In this document: in pieces, positions 38,545 through 48,529 of the stretch
Numbering within the stretch: the first letter of the stretch is position 1
How the letters are laid out: the number at the start of each line of letters is the position of its first letter
Assembly: GCA_965223865.1 (NCBI GenBank)
Contig: OZ245020.1
Coordinates: forward strand, 1,024,001-1,088,000
Direction of reading: 5' to 3'
DNA length: 64,000 nucleotides
Source of the DNA: Nitrosarchaeum sp.
GTDB taxonomy: Archaea; Thermoproteota; Nitrososphaeria; Nitrososphaerales; Nitrosopumilaceae
Translations under genes and position numbers: made by a program
The notes under the pieces: model-generated
Databases searched by the model: none
What the model was told of the DNA's origin: nothing
The model's input: only the letters and a program-made list of their open reading frames with translations

Positions 38545-38606
38545 GATTAAGATATTACATTTGTGATTTTATAAAATATTGTTTTTTTCACGTGAGTGTT
38601 ATTTTT

Positions 38607-38894
38607 TTAGTTTTCCAAAAAAATTATTTGTACATAAAATACAAAGTATAAACCACAACCTTGACTGCTGTCAAAATCAAGGCTATTTTCAGAATCTTGT
38701 TTGTGTTTCTTGTAAAAAAACTGGTTATTTCCATGTCTAATCTCTTTTCTCTTTGATTTCACTGCAATTTTGATTGCAACAAAGATGCCTCCCAACATAA
38801 CAATTATCCCTCCAATCAAACTTGCTTGAGAATTTTGCTGGTTTATTGTAAGTGTTGTTTGAATAATTACACCTATTCCCACTAGAAAAAACAT
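38607..38894 (-). CDS. Small membrane protein
   Basis: Hydrophobic N-half. Confidence 0.45.
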   Translation of the reverse strand: MFFLVGIGVIIQTTLTINQQNSQASLIGGIIVMLGGIFVAIKIAVKSKRKEIRHGNNQFFYKKHKQDSENSLDFDSSQGCGLYFVFYVQIIFLEN

Positions 38895-38924
38895 AATGAA
38901 AAAACTTCTTCACAATGATTAAAA

Positions 38925-38958
38925 ATTAAATACTTAAATAAATCTTTAATTATTTAAT
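38925..38958. promoter_or_regulatory. AT-rich inverted repeat, putative ArsR operator
   Basis: ATTAAATAcTTAAA...TTTAAtTATTTAAT immediately before the ArsR start. Confidence 0.45.
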
Positions 38959-38962
38959 CACA

Positions 38963-39259
38963 TTGGAATCCCCTTGGAAGGCTTTGGCAGACGATAACAG
39001 AAGAAAGATCCTCTTGTTGTTAAAGAAAAAAAGCATGACACCTACTGAGATTTTGTCGCATTTTGACTTTACCTTGCCTGCATTATCCACACATCTGAGA
39101 ATTCTGAAGAGCTCGGATCTAGTAAATGAAAAAAAGATTGGAAAAAACAGAGTCTATTCGATAAATCATGACAAGACATTTGAGATGATGAAGTTCTTTA
39201 GCCAAATGCATGGTTATTCTCTTCATAGTCTCAAGGAATTTCTGGAGAATGAAAAGTAA
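38963..39259 (+). CDS. ArsR/SmtB family transcriptional regulator
   Basis: KALADDNRRKILLLL..PALSTHLRILK. Confidence 0.9.
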   Translation: MESPWKALADDNRRKILLLLKKKSMTPTEILSHFDFTLPALSTHLRILKSSDLVNEKKIGKNRVYSINHDKTFEMMKFFSQMHGYSLHSLKEFLENEK

Positions 39260-40116
39260 TGGAGATTAAAAAAGAGATAACAATCAATGCATCTGCTCCA
39301 AGGGTTTTCAAGGCAATAACTGACCCCAAACAACTCACAAAGTGGTTTCCAGATGTAGAGTCAATTGAGCCTAGAATTGGAGGGAAGATATCCTTCAAGT
39401 TTTTAGATGATACAGGCATACAAAATGACAAACAAACTCTTGAAGGAAAAATCGTAGAGTTGGAAGAAAACAAGAAATTGTCCTATATGTGGGGAGATTC
39501 TGAAACACCAGAGTCTCCATTAACAAGAATAACGTGGATTTTAGAAGAGATAGATGCAAAAAAGACAAGAGTCACAATAACTCACACAGGATTCCTAGAT
39601 GAGGTCTCAATGAAACCATACAATGAACAGTGGGACTGGCTTACAGAAAGTTTGAATGCATTTGCCGAATCAAAAAAACGAATTAATTGTAGCTGGAAGC
39701 AAATTTCTACTCTGTTTTCTAGTTTTTTTGCAAGTGTTTCACTAGACAAGATAAAACCCGCCAAAGGAGAGGTAGATGTGAGATGGCAAATTGTGTTTTC
39801 ATTTATTCCAGGGATTCTTATCTGGTCCTTTTACAGAGTAAAAAAACTAAGATTATTTTTGGCAACAATGGTGATTCCAATACTTGCTCTAATGTACATT
39901 ATACCATTGGCAGCAATAGGCCCCGAGTATTTTGAATACTGTGATCCTTATCTTTTACTAGTCTGGGATTTTGAAGGTTCTTGTATTAATGAAGATATTT
40001 TTCTACCCCTCTTAATTGCAGATGTGACATATAATGTGTTTAAAACGTATTTCATAATCAGATGGTCAAGACAGTGGAATGAAGGCGTCATACAGGGAGT
40101 CAAGAATTTAAAATGA
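39259..40116 (+). CDS. SRPBCC/AHSA1 domain protein fused to membrane domain
   Basis: INASAPRVFKAITDPKQLTKWF; hydrophobic C-half. Confidence 0.85.
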   Translation: MEIKKEITINASAPRVFKAITDPKQLTKWFPDVESIEPRIGGKISFKFLDDTGIQNDKQTLEGKIVELEENKKLSYMWGDSETPESPLTRITWILEEIDAKKTRVTITHTGFLDEVSMKPYNEQWDWLTESLNAFAESKKRINCSWKQISTLFSSFFASVSLDKIKPAKGEVDVRWQIVFSFIPGILIWSFYRVKKLRLFLATMVIPILALMYIIPLAAIGPEYFEYCDPYLLLVWDFEGSCINEDIFLPLLIADVTYNVFKTYFIIRWSRQWNEGVIQGVKNLK

Positions 40117-40141
40117 TTTCACAGGAGGGTATGACTTGAAA

Positions 40142-40519
40142 ATGAAAGCTCTACTTCCTGCAGATGGTCCTGTAGATGTCAAAAAATATACCCTTTATGC
40201 AATGATTCCTGGTTTGGATACCTATGTGGCATCAAAACTTGACAAGAAAAAATTTGCTACAATATACACAGTAATCTTCATGGCAGCAATACTAGCGGCA
40301 ACTGCAGTCTTGATGTATCAATTGACAACTGATCCAATATTGAGTGGAAATGAACTTGAGCCACAACAAAGAGTGGAAATGGTAAATGAAAAGTTCATGC
40401 CAAGAATAATCTATGTAATTGTAATTTCACTTGGAATTCATCTTCCTATTTACACGTATCTTGTACGTAAGTGGGCCAAAGAATGGAATGAAAACGTATC
40501 AAAAGACTCAAAAAAATAA
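40142..40519 (+). CDS. Membrane protein, weakly similar to C-half of upstream gene
   Basis: VDV..IPG..RKWAKEWNE vs VDV..IPG..RWSRQWNE. Confidence 0.75.
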   Translation: MKALLPADGPVDVKKYTLYAMIPGLDTYVASKLDKKKFATIYTVIFMAAILAATAVLMYQLTTDPILSGNELEPQQRVEMVNEKFMPRIIYVIVISLGIHLPIYTYLVRKWAKEWNENVSKDSKK

Positions 40520-40532
40520 CACATGAGAGAAA

Positions 40533-40772
40533 ATGAATAGAAAATTTTGGATATATCTAACTCTCATTTGTATGGTATTTGTTATTGTGACTTTGATAGA
40601 ATTTTCATTTTGGAATGCAGAACGGTATTCTGTCTTAAAATCAATGTCTGACATTCAGGTAATATTGTTTACAACAATTGGTCTGATTCTGACATTCGTT
40701 GCATACTTGTATGTTAGAAGCAAAGGTTGGTGGAATGTCAATGCAAAACGACCAGAAGAAGACAAGATGTAG
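40533..40772 (+). CDS. Small two-TM protein
   Basis: 79 aa. Confidence 0.7.
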   Translation: MNRKFWIYLTLICMVFVIVTLIEFSFWNAERYSVLKSMSDIQVILFTTIGLILTFVAYLYVRSKGWWNVNAKRPEEDKM

Positions 40773-40817
40773 AAAATAGTGATAATTCAGAACAAATGTC
40801 AAAAGAAAAAATAGAAA

Positions 40818-41909
40818 ATGAATCCCGAGATCCTAATAAAAAAACATATTGAAAAATCCAAAATTCCAGGAATTTCGGTTGGAATAGTAAATGAGAGGGG
40901 CATCGAGACATTCACTTACGGTGAAACCAGAAAAGACTCTGGAGTCTTACCAACATCAGACACAATTTATGAAATTGGTTCGATGACAAAGACATTCACT
41001 GCCATTCTAACAGTCAAATTACAAGAGGAGGGGCTGTTATCATTAGATGATCCGATAACCAAGTTTTTACCAGAATTTACAGGAACTGATTTTGACAAAA
41101 ACAGAATAACTCTTTTTCATTTGATTACTCATACTTCTGGCATAGTTGAGGTCCCATTCAAAGCATATTTCAAATATCTGATAAAATTCTTGTTTCGCGC
41201 TACTGGTGGGAAGATCTTCCCACAAAGATACAGTCTTGACACATCTTCATTTCTTCAAGAGATATCCCAGCTAAAATTAAAAGGCAATCCTGGAACAAAA
41301 TTCCGTTATTCGAATTCCGGAGTGGGCCTTGTTGGAAAAATTCTTGAGCGCGTAACTGGTTCCACATATGAGGAATTAATCAAAAGCAGAATTTTGAGTG
41401 CATTGAGCATGCATGACACCACAATTACCCTTTCAGATAACCACAAAGAAAGACTGGCAATAGGCTATATGCATACTGGAAAAGAAGCAGACCCCATCAA
41501 CATTCCTGCAGTTGAAAGTGCGGGTAGTATTTACTCTACCGTATCTGATCTACTGAAATTTCTTAAAGTCAATATGGGTCTTGAGCAATCCTCTTTGTCT
41601 CCTGTTTTGGAATATTGCAAGTCTACAAGAATTGATCCTTCGCTATCCTTCTTCCAAAAATTTACCGCTAAGTTGCTAATGGGGATTCAATCTATTGAAA
41701 TTGGATTGGGATGGGTTGCAGCAGATCTGAAAAATATCAATATACTTCAGCATTCAGGTGGAACTGAGGGATTTTCAACTACCATGATGATTAATCCAAA
41801 TAATAAAACTGGTGTTGTAGCATTATCCAATGCTGCATTCAAAGATAACTCAAAGTTATGTCTTGAGTTGTTAAAAAAATTAGATGGTAATGAAAATGAA
41901 AAGGGATAA
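40818..41909 (+). CDS. Serine hydrolase, beta-lactamase class C/AmpC-like family
   Basis: GSMTK (SxxK), YSN, HSGG motifs. Confidence 0.9.
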   Translation: MNPEILIKKHIEKSKIPGISVGIVNERGIETFTYGETRKDSGVLPTSDTIYEIGSMTKTFTAILTVKLQEEGLLSLDDPITKFLPEFTGTDFDKNRITLFHLITHTSGIVEVPFKAYFKYLIKFLFRATGGKIFPQRYSLDTSSFLQEISQLKLKGNPGTKFRYSNSGVGLVGKILERVTGSTYEELIKSRILSALSMHDTTITLSDNHKERLAIGYMHTGKEADPINIPAVESAGSIYSTVSDLLKFLKVNMGLEQSSLSPVLEYCKSTRIDPSLSFFQKFTAKLLMGIQSIEIGLGWVAADLKNINILQHSGGTEGFSTTMMINPNNKTGVVALSNAAFKDNSKLCLELLKKLDGNENEKG

Positions 41910-41958
41910 CACATTCAAAGAAAAGTTTTATCATTAACCAATGGAGTAGGAACTTAAA

Positions 41959-42084
41959 ATGAGTAGAAAATCAGGATCCCCTAGACAGCAGTCAATATTC
42001 AAATGTACACATTGTGATTTTATGTCCAAAAAGAATTCAAATTTTATTTTACATGTTAAGGAAAAACACGGGATTGAACTGTAG
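41959..42084 (+). CDS. Tiny C2H2-type zinc finger protein (41 aa)
   Basis: FKCTHCDF...HVKEKHG; translated by hand. Confidence 0.5.
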   Translation: MSRKSGSPRQQSIFKCTHCDFMSKKNSNFILHVKEKHGIEL

Positions 42085-42155
42085 GGAGAAACAAGTCAAT
42101 ATGACTCTTCAAATCCGCCTCTTGAAATTTATACTGTAATTTTACGGATACTAGA

Positions 42156-42914
42156 GTGCTCAAAAGCAACAATGACAGTTTTTTGAAAAAAAATTATCCA
42201 CTGGTGTTAATTATAGTTGGATTTTTTCTTGTGTTTTTCCCTTTTGGCTTGGTAGGAGCAAGTGAGTTGGGAGATGGGGCAGTTTTCTTGCATGGTTTAG
42301 CTGCCGTATTGGTGGTAGGTTTTGTGTCATACTACAAAAAAAGAAAGGAATACTCGACTAAAACAAGAAAATATGTAAAAATAACGGCACTTGCAATTCC
42401 TCTATTCTTTGCTGCAGCAGTTTTTGTTGGAATTGCAATGGGTATCAGCAGCGTACTCTTCACGCTGTCACTTGAGCCAACCAAGCACATGGACACAGAT
42501 TTAGTTGAGAAAAGAGTCCTTGATTGGGTAAACATACACCGTGCCCAAAATAATGTGAGTGGAGTCAATATGGATACAACACTGAACCGTCTTGCAGAAA
42601 TCCGCAGTTTGGAAATATTCCATGCACCTCATGAAGACAGAGAGGATGTCTCCAATGTAGACATAAATGAGATTGCAAAAAGGGAAGGAATTGAGTGCAC
42701 AATCAACGGTGAATCTGTCAGCATCTATGATTATGTCTTACTCTTTCCGCCTAAATCCTATTCCGATATGGAAAAGGCAATAGACCATGCCATGAAGCAT
42801 ATGACTGTCGAGGACGATTACGGGGATATTGTTTTTTCACCAAATGCTACAAGAACCGGCATTAACTCGTTTGTGGATGGAAATTACCTGTTTGTGGTTC
42901 AAAATTTTTGTTAG
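42156..42914 (+). CDS. Membrane protein with C-terminal CAP/SCP-like domain
   Basis: 3 TMs; WVNIHRAQ..LNRLAEIRS..VVQNFC. Confidence 0.75.
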   Translation: MLKSNNDSFLKKNYPLVLIIVGFFLVFFPFGLVGASELGDGAVFLHGLAAVLVVGFVSYYKKRKEYSTKTRKYVKITALAIPLFFAAAVFVGIAMGISSVLFTLSLEPTKHMDTDLVEKRVLDWVNIHRAQNNVSGVNMDTTLNRLAEIRSLEIFHAPHEDREDVSNVDINEIAKREGIECTINGESVSIYDYVLLFPPKSYSDMEKAIDHAMKHMTVEDDYGDIVFSPNATRTGINSFVDGNYLFVVQNFC

Positions 42915-43000
42915 ATGACATCAAGTCATTTCTCAATCTTTTTGGTTGATGTTTTTTTCAAGATTATGAGTAATGTCGTTACTTCATCATGCACGTCATT

Positions 43001-43100
43001 ATTTCCACGTGGGTCCAGTAATTAACCATCTAACTATATCCTCAGCACAACATGCATGGGGATATAGTTAGCGGTGTTTTTGTTGTACCCACGTGGAAAT
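43001..43100. repeat. 100-bp nested palindromic element (MITE- or att-like)
   Basis: Perfect 14-bp outer IR ATTTCCACGTGGGT and perfect 12-bp inner IR CTAACTATATCC. Confidence 0.85.
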
Positions 43101-43202
43101 GGTTTGTAAGTTCAGAAATCTAACAGATAAGAAAAATTAGAGACGTATAAAAAACAACCAACTTGTCATCTTAACCAGTTCTTCTTTTAGACAAGTTTGT
43201 GC

Positions 43203-44528
43203 TTATGGTTCAGTGAAAAATATTCCACTGCCGCATTCTCCCTTGTGCTTCATGACAATATGCTCTGCATCTAGCATGCACATGTTGCCATAAGTCTTGT
43301 TGTTGACTCCACATACAGGATCATACTCCAAAATGCATGCGACAATGCGGGGCATCATGCTCCATCCCCTGTTTTCCAACTTTGATGCAGATTCTTGTTT
43401 TACACATGCAGGAGAACCGGTATGTTTGAAGACCAACTGCAATGGCTCTGCACATATGACATCACTTGCTGCAATTCCCGCATTTCCTTGTTGTGATGGT
43501 TTAAGATATGGTTTTGTTTTGCCATCCATTGTGCAAACTTTTCCCGGATATGCCCCAGGACCACACCTGTCGTCTAGAACGCAGATCTCATCTAGTGGAA
43601 CAAAACCTGGTGCGCAAAGACCCCCATATGGAACATGTCTTGTTTTGTCATATGGCACAAATTCTGGTTTTGTATCTGAAGATGGATTCTTGTATGATGG
43701 TTGCGATGTTTTTTCCTGCTTTGTTGTAGCATTGATTTGTTTGTCTTGCTCAGTTGTTGCTTTCAGGTAAAACTGCCTATCATTTGTTGAACCTGCAAAC
43801 TCTGCAACAACATCATAAAATCCACGAGAAGTTCCAAATGGGGAAGGCACAGATTGTGTAGTGTAATCCCATTTTGTATCATCCGATGTGTCTAGATAAT
43901 ACGAAAATTCGCCATATTCATCTAAACTAACTTCAGCTTCATGAAGTAATATTTTGCTGTTTTTTCCGTAGATTTTGAGCGTAACTGGTTCATCAGTACT
44001 CACTTCACTGTCATCAACAGAATGTCCATATCCGTAAATCTTGAGCATGTCGCCCTGCACATAATTTGCCTTGTCTGCATTCACACCTACGTGATTACCA
44101 AGTGAATTTTTTGCATGTTTTATTATTGCCTTTTTTTCTTGGTCTTTTTGATAGTGTGTTATGTCACTTTCAGTTAGTACATAATTGACACCAAAAATCT
44201 CCACAAATTCTTTACCTGACCCGCTCACGATTATCTTGTAAATCCCATCTTCCCAAGATGATGGTATTATGCGAGTCTCCATTCCAATAGAATCATAGGG
44301 GCCATAACTGTGACTAGAACTCATAATTTCACCTGACGGATGCACAATGATAATTGTAAGAACATGACCACCCTTATCCTCAATAAAGCCAGACATTTTC
44401 ACTACATCTCCGTCTGAATAGTTTTGCCGGTCAAGTGTAATGTAGTCTTCTTGAGCAAAAGCGTTGGCAGTCACCACCACTGCAGTCAAGACAAGTATCG
44501 AGGATAACAGTAGTTTTATCATGATCAA
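43203..44528 (-). CDS. Secreted protein with Ig-like repeats, Cys module and C-terminal Kazal-type domain
   Basis: ACILEYDPVCGVNNKTYGNMC..KHKGEC; GSPACVKQESASKLENRGW. Confidence 0.85.
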   Translation of the reverse strand: MIMIKLLLSSILVLTAVVVTANAFAQEDYITLDRQNYSDGDVVKMSGFIEDKGGHVLTIIIVHPSGEIMSSSHSYGPYDSIGMETRIIPSSWEDGIYKIIVSGSGKEFVEIFGVNYVLTESDITHYQKDQEKKAIIKHAKNSLGNHVGVNADKANYVQGDMLKIYGYGHSVDDSEVSTDEPVTLKIYGKNSKILLHEAEVSLDEYGEFSYYLDTSDDTKWDYTTQSVPSPFGTSRGFYDVVAEFAGSTNDRQFYLKATTEQDKQINATTKQEKTSQPSYKNPSSDTKPEFVPYDKTRHVPYGGLCAPGFVPLDEICVLDDRCGPGAYPGKVCTMDGKTKPYLKPSQQGNAGIAASDVICAEPLQLVFKHTGSPACVKQESASKLENRGWSMMPRIVACILEYDPVCGVNNKTYGNMCMLDAEHIVMKHKGECGSGIFFTEP

Positions 44529-44679
44529 CGTGTAAGATTCTGATACAAAAGTGATGTTATAGAAAGGTTTGAAATTAGACCCACGTGGAAAAAAATACTA
44601 TGCAAAAAATAGTATACATATTATGAAATTACAAGATTATAGGGATCCTCTTAAATTGAACAATTTCATAGGATACTAA

Positions 44680-46401
44680 TTGCTTGTTGAATATGACAAA
44701 CCCTCAAAAAAATTTACTGATAGTATAAGACAAGGAATTACTGAAGAGATTTCAAAAGCAACCAATAGTGTCCAGAAGGGGAGATTATTCTTGAAATGGG
44801 TACTTACAAAAGCATTTCAGGCTACAATCGATGATGCAGATAATGGAATTTTAGATGGGCCAAATGATCATGGGATTGATGCAATTCTAGAAGTACAAGG
44901 AAGTGAAATGAGTTTTTTTAGAATTTTTCAAGCGAAGTATGGCAAGTCTCATAGTTCCGATGCAATCCAAGCATTTAAAGCAAAAATGGATGAATTTGTT
45001 AGACAAAATCCTAATGATTTGCCAGAAGGAAGAATTCGTGATGCCTTAATCAACATCAAAAGAAAAGGATGGGATGTAGAAGCAATCTATATTACAAATG
45101 AAAAAACGGATTTTCAAAGTAAGGATAATTTTCAGGTTTATGGTTTTGATCGAATTGTTAAAAAAATGTGGGAAGATATATCAGAACCAGCAGAAGGAAA
45201 AACAGAAAAAATTACTTTAGAAGAATATATGAAATATGATCATACAATCATAGGAGTAATTTCACTTCGTGAGTTAGGTGAGCTTGTTCTAAGAAGTAAG
45301 AAATACATTTTTGAATCAAATATTAGAAAATTTCTGCCAGTAAAAACCAAAGTTAACAAACAATTAAGAGAATCATTGAAGACAGAACCTGAAGAGGTGT
45401 TTTATTACAATAATGGAATTACAATAGTTGTAAAAAAAGTAAACGAATTGGGTGATGCTAAACTTCAACTTATATCTCCTCAAATTGTTAATGGGGCACA
45501 GACATCAAGCACGATAGCAGACATTGTTAGAGGGGATAGAAACATTAAAGGAAATATTCAGATTACAATCATTACAGAAGATATCAGAACAACACGAAAT
45601 AATATCACAAAATACAGAAATTCACAGAACGCAGTTAAGGGAAGAGACTTAATATCATTAGAAAGATTCCATGATTCGATTTATGGTCAACTAAAAGCAA
45701 AATTAGGATATTACTATGAACTACAGGCGGGCTCGTGGGAAGCAATGACACGTCAAGAAAGAGAATCTTACAAAGGAGATACAATTCTCAATAATTACCT
45801 TCCTGAAAACCATGAAATGAAAATACCAGCAAATGATTCTATTCAGGCTATGGCAGCTGCAATAACCCAAGATCCCGCAAAACCCTATGGGAGTATAAGC
45901 AAATATTTACCTGGTGGAACAGAATATGAAAAAATCTTCAAAGAAGAGGGATTAGAAAAAGAAGATGATTATAGATTATTGTTGTATCCTTATTTAGTAA
46001 AATCATATTGTGAAAAGGCATTCAATTATGGCAGTAAAAAAGCCAATATGGATGAAAAAAAATATGCAAGACTTCTCTTTGTTACTGCATACTTTATGGC
46101 ATTACAAAATCATATTCTAGATAAGAAAAGGAACTATAAAGAAAACCCAAAGTTGTTAGATCTGTATTTTGAAAATTTTGAGACAAATAAAAAATTATTT
46201 GAATTGACAGATAGTGTATTAGACCAATTCTTTGATCAAACTGAATTCATTAGGCAGGATGAAGATGGAAAAGATAAAATGACGTTACACAACTTCTTTG
46301 CAAGACATGTTTGGTCATCTGAAGCAAAAACAATCCTTCGAAATATTATGAAACGAAAAAAAGAAAAATTCAAAGAGATTAGAGTTGAATTTGAAAAATA
46401 A
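44680..46401 (+). CDS. AIPR family protein (abortive infection / RM-associated)
   Basis: DGPNDHGIDA, FQAKY, NIRKFL, YYNNGITI, QIVNGAQT, NSQNAV. Confidence 0.9.
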   Translation: MLVEYDKPSKKFTDSIRQGITEEISKATNSVQKGRLFLKWVLTKAFQATIDDADNGILDGPNDHGIDAILEVQGSEMSFFRIFQAKYGKSHSSDAIQAFKAKMDEFVRQNPNDLPEGRIRDALINIKRKGWDVEAIYITNEKTDFQSKDNFQVYGFDRIVKKMWEDISEPAEGKTEKITLEEYMKYDHTIIGVISLRELGELVLRSKKYIFESNIRKFLPVKTKVNKQLRESLKTEPEEVFYYNNGITIVVKKVNELGDAKLQLISPQIVNGAQTSSTIADIVRGDRNIKGNIQITIITEDIRTTRNNITKYRNSQNAVKGRDLISLERFHDSIYGQLKAKLGYYYELQAGSWEAMTRQERESYKGDTILNNYLPENHEMKIPANDSIQAMAAAITQDPAKPYGSISKYLPGGTEYEKIFKEEGLEKEDDYRLLLYPYLVKSYCEKAFNYGSKKANMDEKKYARLLFVTAYFMALQNHILDKKRNYKENPKLLDLYFENFETNKKLFELTDSVLDQFFDQTEFIRQDEDGKDKMTLHNFFARHVWSSEAKTILRNIMKRKKEKFKEIRVEFEK

Positions 46402-46424
46402 TCAGGGTTAAAATCTTGAGAATA

Positions 46425-46653
46425 ATTTTACTGATTCAGTAAATATTCCTGAAGTGGTGAAAATTCAGAATTTCCTAATACTCGTTTCATATGTAATCCT
46501 ACATTTTTTGATTTGACAGAATCACATAATTCAGACGCAATTAAATCAAGATCATATAATCTGTGAATTCTACGTTTCTCGTTAATAATATAATCAAAAA
46601 AATCCTGTTGTTGTGATTGCAGATAACAAAAAAATGATTGAAAAATATTTCAT
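46425..46653 (-). pseudogene. Frameshifted remnant downstream of promoter-like motif
   Basis: MKYFSIIFLLSAITTTGFF* stops at a T-run; end coordinate approximate. Confidence 0.4.
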
Positions 46654-46677
46654 GATTTGATAAACCTAGAATTTCAA

Positions 46678-46695
46678 GTTCATAAGTACTTCTGA
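46678..46695 (-). promoter_or_regulatory. AGAAGAACTTATGAA motif variant
   Basis: TCAGAAGTACTTATGAAC, 32 nt before ATG 46653. Confidence 0.6.
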
Positions 46696-46723
46696 TGTTT
46701 TATGGCATCCATTGTAGTGTATT

Positions 46724-47932
46724 CTAATTTCTTCTCTCAACCATTGACATGTTAGAGCCATCAACATCGCAGGCCCCAATCTTAAATCCAATTTGCTTGT
46801 CTCTGTTGTCAAAGTCAAACCAGTACACTAGGTGGGGGTCATTTGCTGGATAATTAGGAGCATGCTCAATATGTGTAAAGGTCACACTGTACAAATCAAA
46901 GTATGGAATGCCCTCTCTCGTAAACCTGTGGCTGTTGTCATGAATTGCCTGCATTCGCATCTCATCGGTCACAGGAAATCCACACAGGCTTTCATAATCG
47001 TTGGATTCTGGTTGCAGGTAATCTGAAAGTGGAAATTCATCAGGATTGACAGTAAAGCCAAATGTTATCTTCTCAATGGTCTTGCCTCCATAGGAGATGT
47101 CTACTGTATACAGGCCATTTTTCTGCCACTGGGGTCCTGCTGCATCAATCGGATATGAGAATTCACCTTCTCTTATATTTGCAAGCTGATCCACCTCTAC
47201 TAGGTCTCCATTAGGATTGATTACCTGGATAACTAATGGCATTATCTCATCATTGATGATGTTGCCTTTATCATCTTTGTAGTCTGTGAACCAGAAAAAT
47301 CCTTGAATGAGGATTTGGTCTCCAATCTTGTAATGGTCGCTTAAGCGCCAAAGAGACATGCCAGCAAGAACAGGCATCTCATCATGAGATGCCGTTTTCA
47401 TTATGGAGTTTGGATCGTGTCCTACCCATCCTCTCTCCATCAACTTGCTTGATGTCGCTTCAGAGACACATACTGCACTGCTATAGTCGGGCCTTACGAT
47501 TATCTTGTGGGCTGTATTGCATCCGCTCAGGGCTTTTCCAGAAAGATCATCAACTATGACAAATTTCTTGATTTGCGTGTCTTTGTGTGGTTGTCCGTTT
47601 ATCTCATACTCTGTATGGATAAGGAACTGGCCCGGATTTCTCATAAAGTATGCTTGGTCTGCAATGAATTTCGAGTTGCCGTCTACAAGGCCCGTGTGTA
47701 CCTTGTCTGAAAATTCATTTCCACTATCAATGTCCTCAAAGACAAACTTTATTGTTGCAGATGCCATCTTTTGTGATGGATTTTGGATGTAATCGTGAAG
47801 CGAGACTGCGTCATCTACTTGGTTATACGCAATGGCATGGTAATTTCCAGACGATTCTGCAAATGCGAAATTGTCAAGTACAAAGAATAAACTCGCAAAT
47901 ACCGTTAATCCGAAGAAAAGTTCAGTTTTCAT
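46724..47932 (-). CDS. Secreted mosaic protein (N-half like 30665, C-half like 20705)
   Basis: Start MKTELFF; AVCVSEATSSKLMERGW; GPQWQKNGLY; DYESLCGFPVT. Confidence 0.85.
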   Translation of the reverse strand: MKTELFFGLTVFASLFFVLDNFAFAESSGNYHAIAYNQVDDAVSLHDYIQNPSQKMASATIKFVFEDIDSGNEFSDKVHTGLVDGNSKFIADQAYFMRNPGQFLIHTEYEINGQPHKDTQIKKFVIVDDLSGKALSGCNTAHKIIVRPDYSSAVCVSEATSSKLMERGWVGHDPNSIMKTASHDEMPVLAGMSLWRLSDHYKIGDQILIQGFFWFTDYKDDKGNIINDEIMPLVIQVINPNGDLVEVDQLANIREGEFSYPIDAAGPQWQKNGLYTVDISYGGKTIEKITFGFTVNPDEFPLSDYLQPESNDYESLCGFPVTDEMRMQAIHDNSHRFTREGIPYFDLYSVTFTHIEHAPNYPANDPHLVYWFDFDNRDKQIGFKIGACDVDGSNMSMVERRN

Positions 47933-47989
47933 GAATATGACCAATTTTTGGTTATCGCTTTTAGCAATTACCATGAAATTACACACACA

Positions 47990-48500
47990 GTTTTGGACAA
48001 ATCTTGACATTTGTAGACATTTGTGGATATTTCTGGATAAAATTGGACAATTTTGGACTTTTTTGGATAATGTCCAGAAATGTCCACCGGTAGAGGCTTA
48101 CGATAAAGCCTAGAGGCTTTCGATAGAGGCTTGCAAAGGCTTGATTTTTCTGATATCTTTCCGGTACATTTGAATTCTATCTGAATATCAATCCGGTAGA
48201 ACACATTATCAATCCGGTAAAATCATTTTTGTTTACCGGAATGATAACTATCAATCCGAACTAATCAAAACATCCTGCCGGATTGATAGAAAAATACACT
48301 GGAATGATAGATGACAGCACCGGAAAAATAAACTCTGTTATCTGAAAGATTACCATTCCACCGAATTGATAGAATTTATCTCCGAATTGATAACTTGACT
48401 CTCCGAAAAAATACCGAAATGATAAATCTGTTTTACCGAAATGATAAACCCCACACCGAATTGTTAATTCGTTCCATCGAATTGATGCCGAAAAGATGCT
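47990..48500 (-). repeat. Repeat-rich non-coding region, copy 2
   Basis: Reverse complement shares e.g. CGGATTGATATTCAGATAGAATTCAAATGTACCGGAAAGATA with 18354-18395. Confidence 0.9.
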
Positions 48501-48529
48501 GGAAAAGCCCCATTTTATGAGCAAAATCA

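Noticed and set aside
40818-41909. True beta-lactamase resistance gene
   Set aside because: Motifs define the broad serine hydrolase family only; substrate cannot be inferred.
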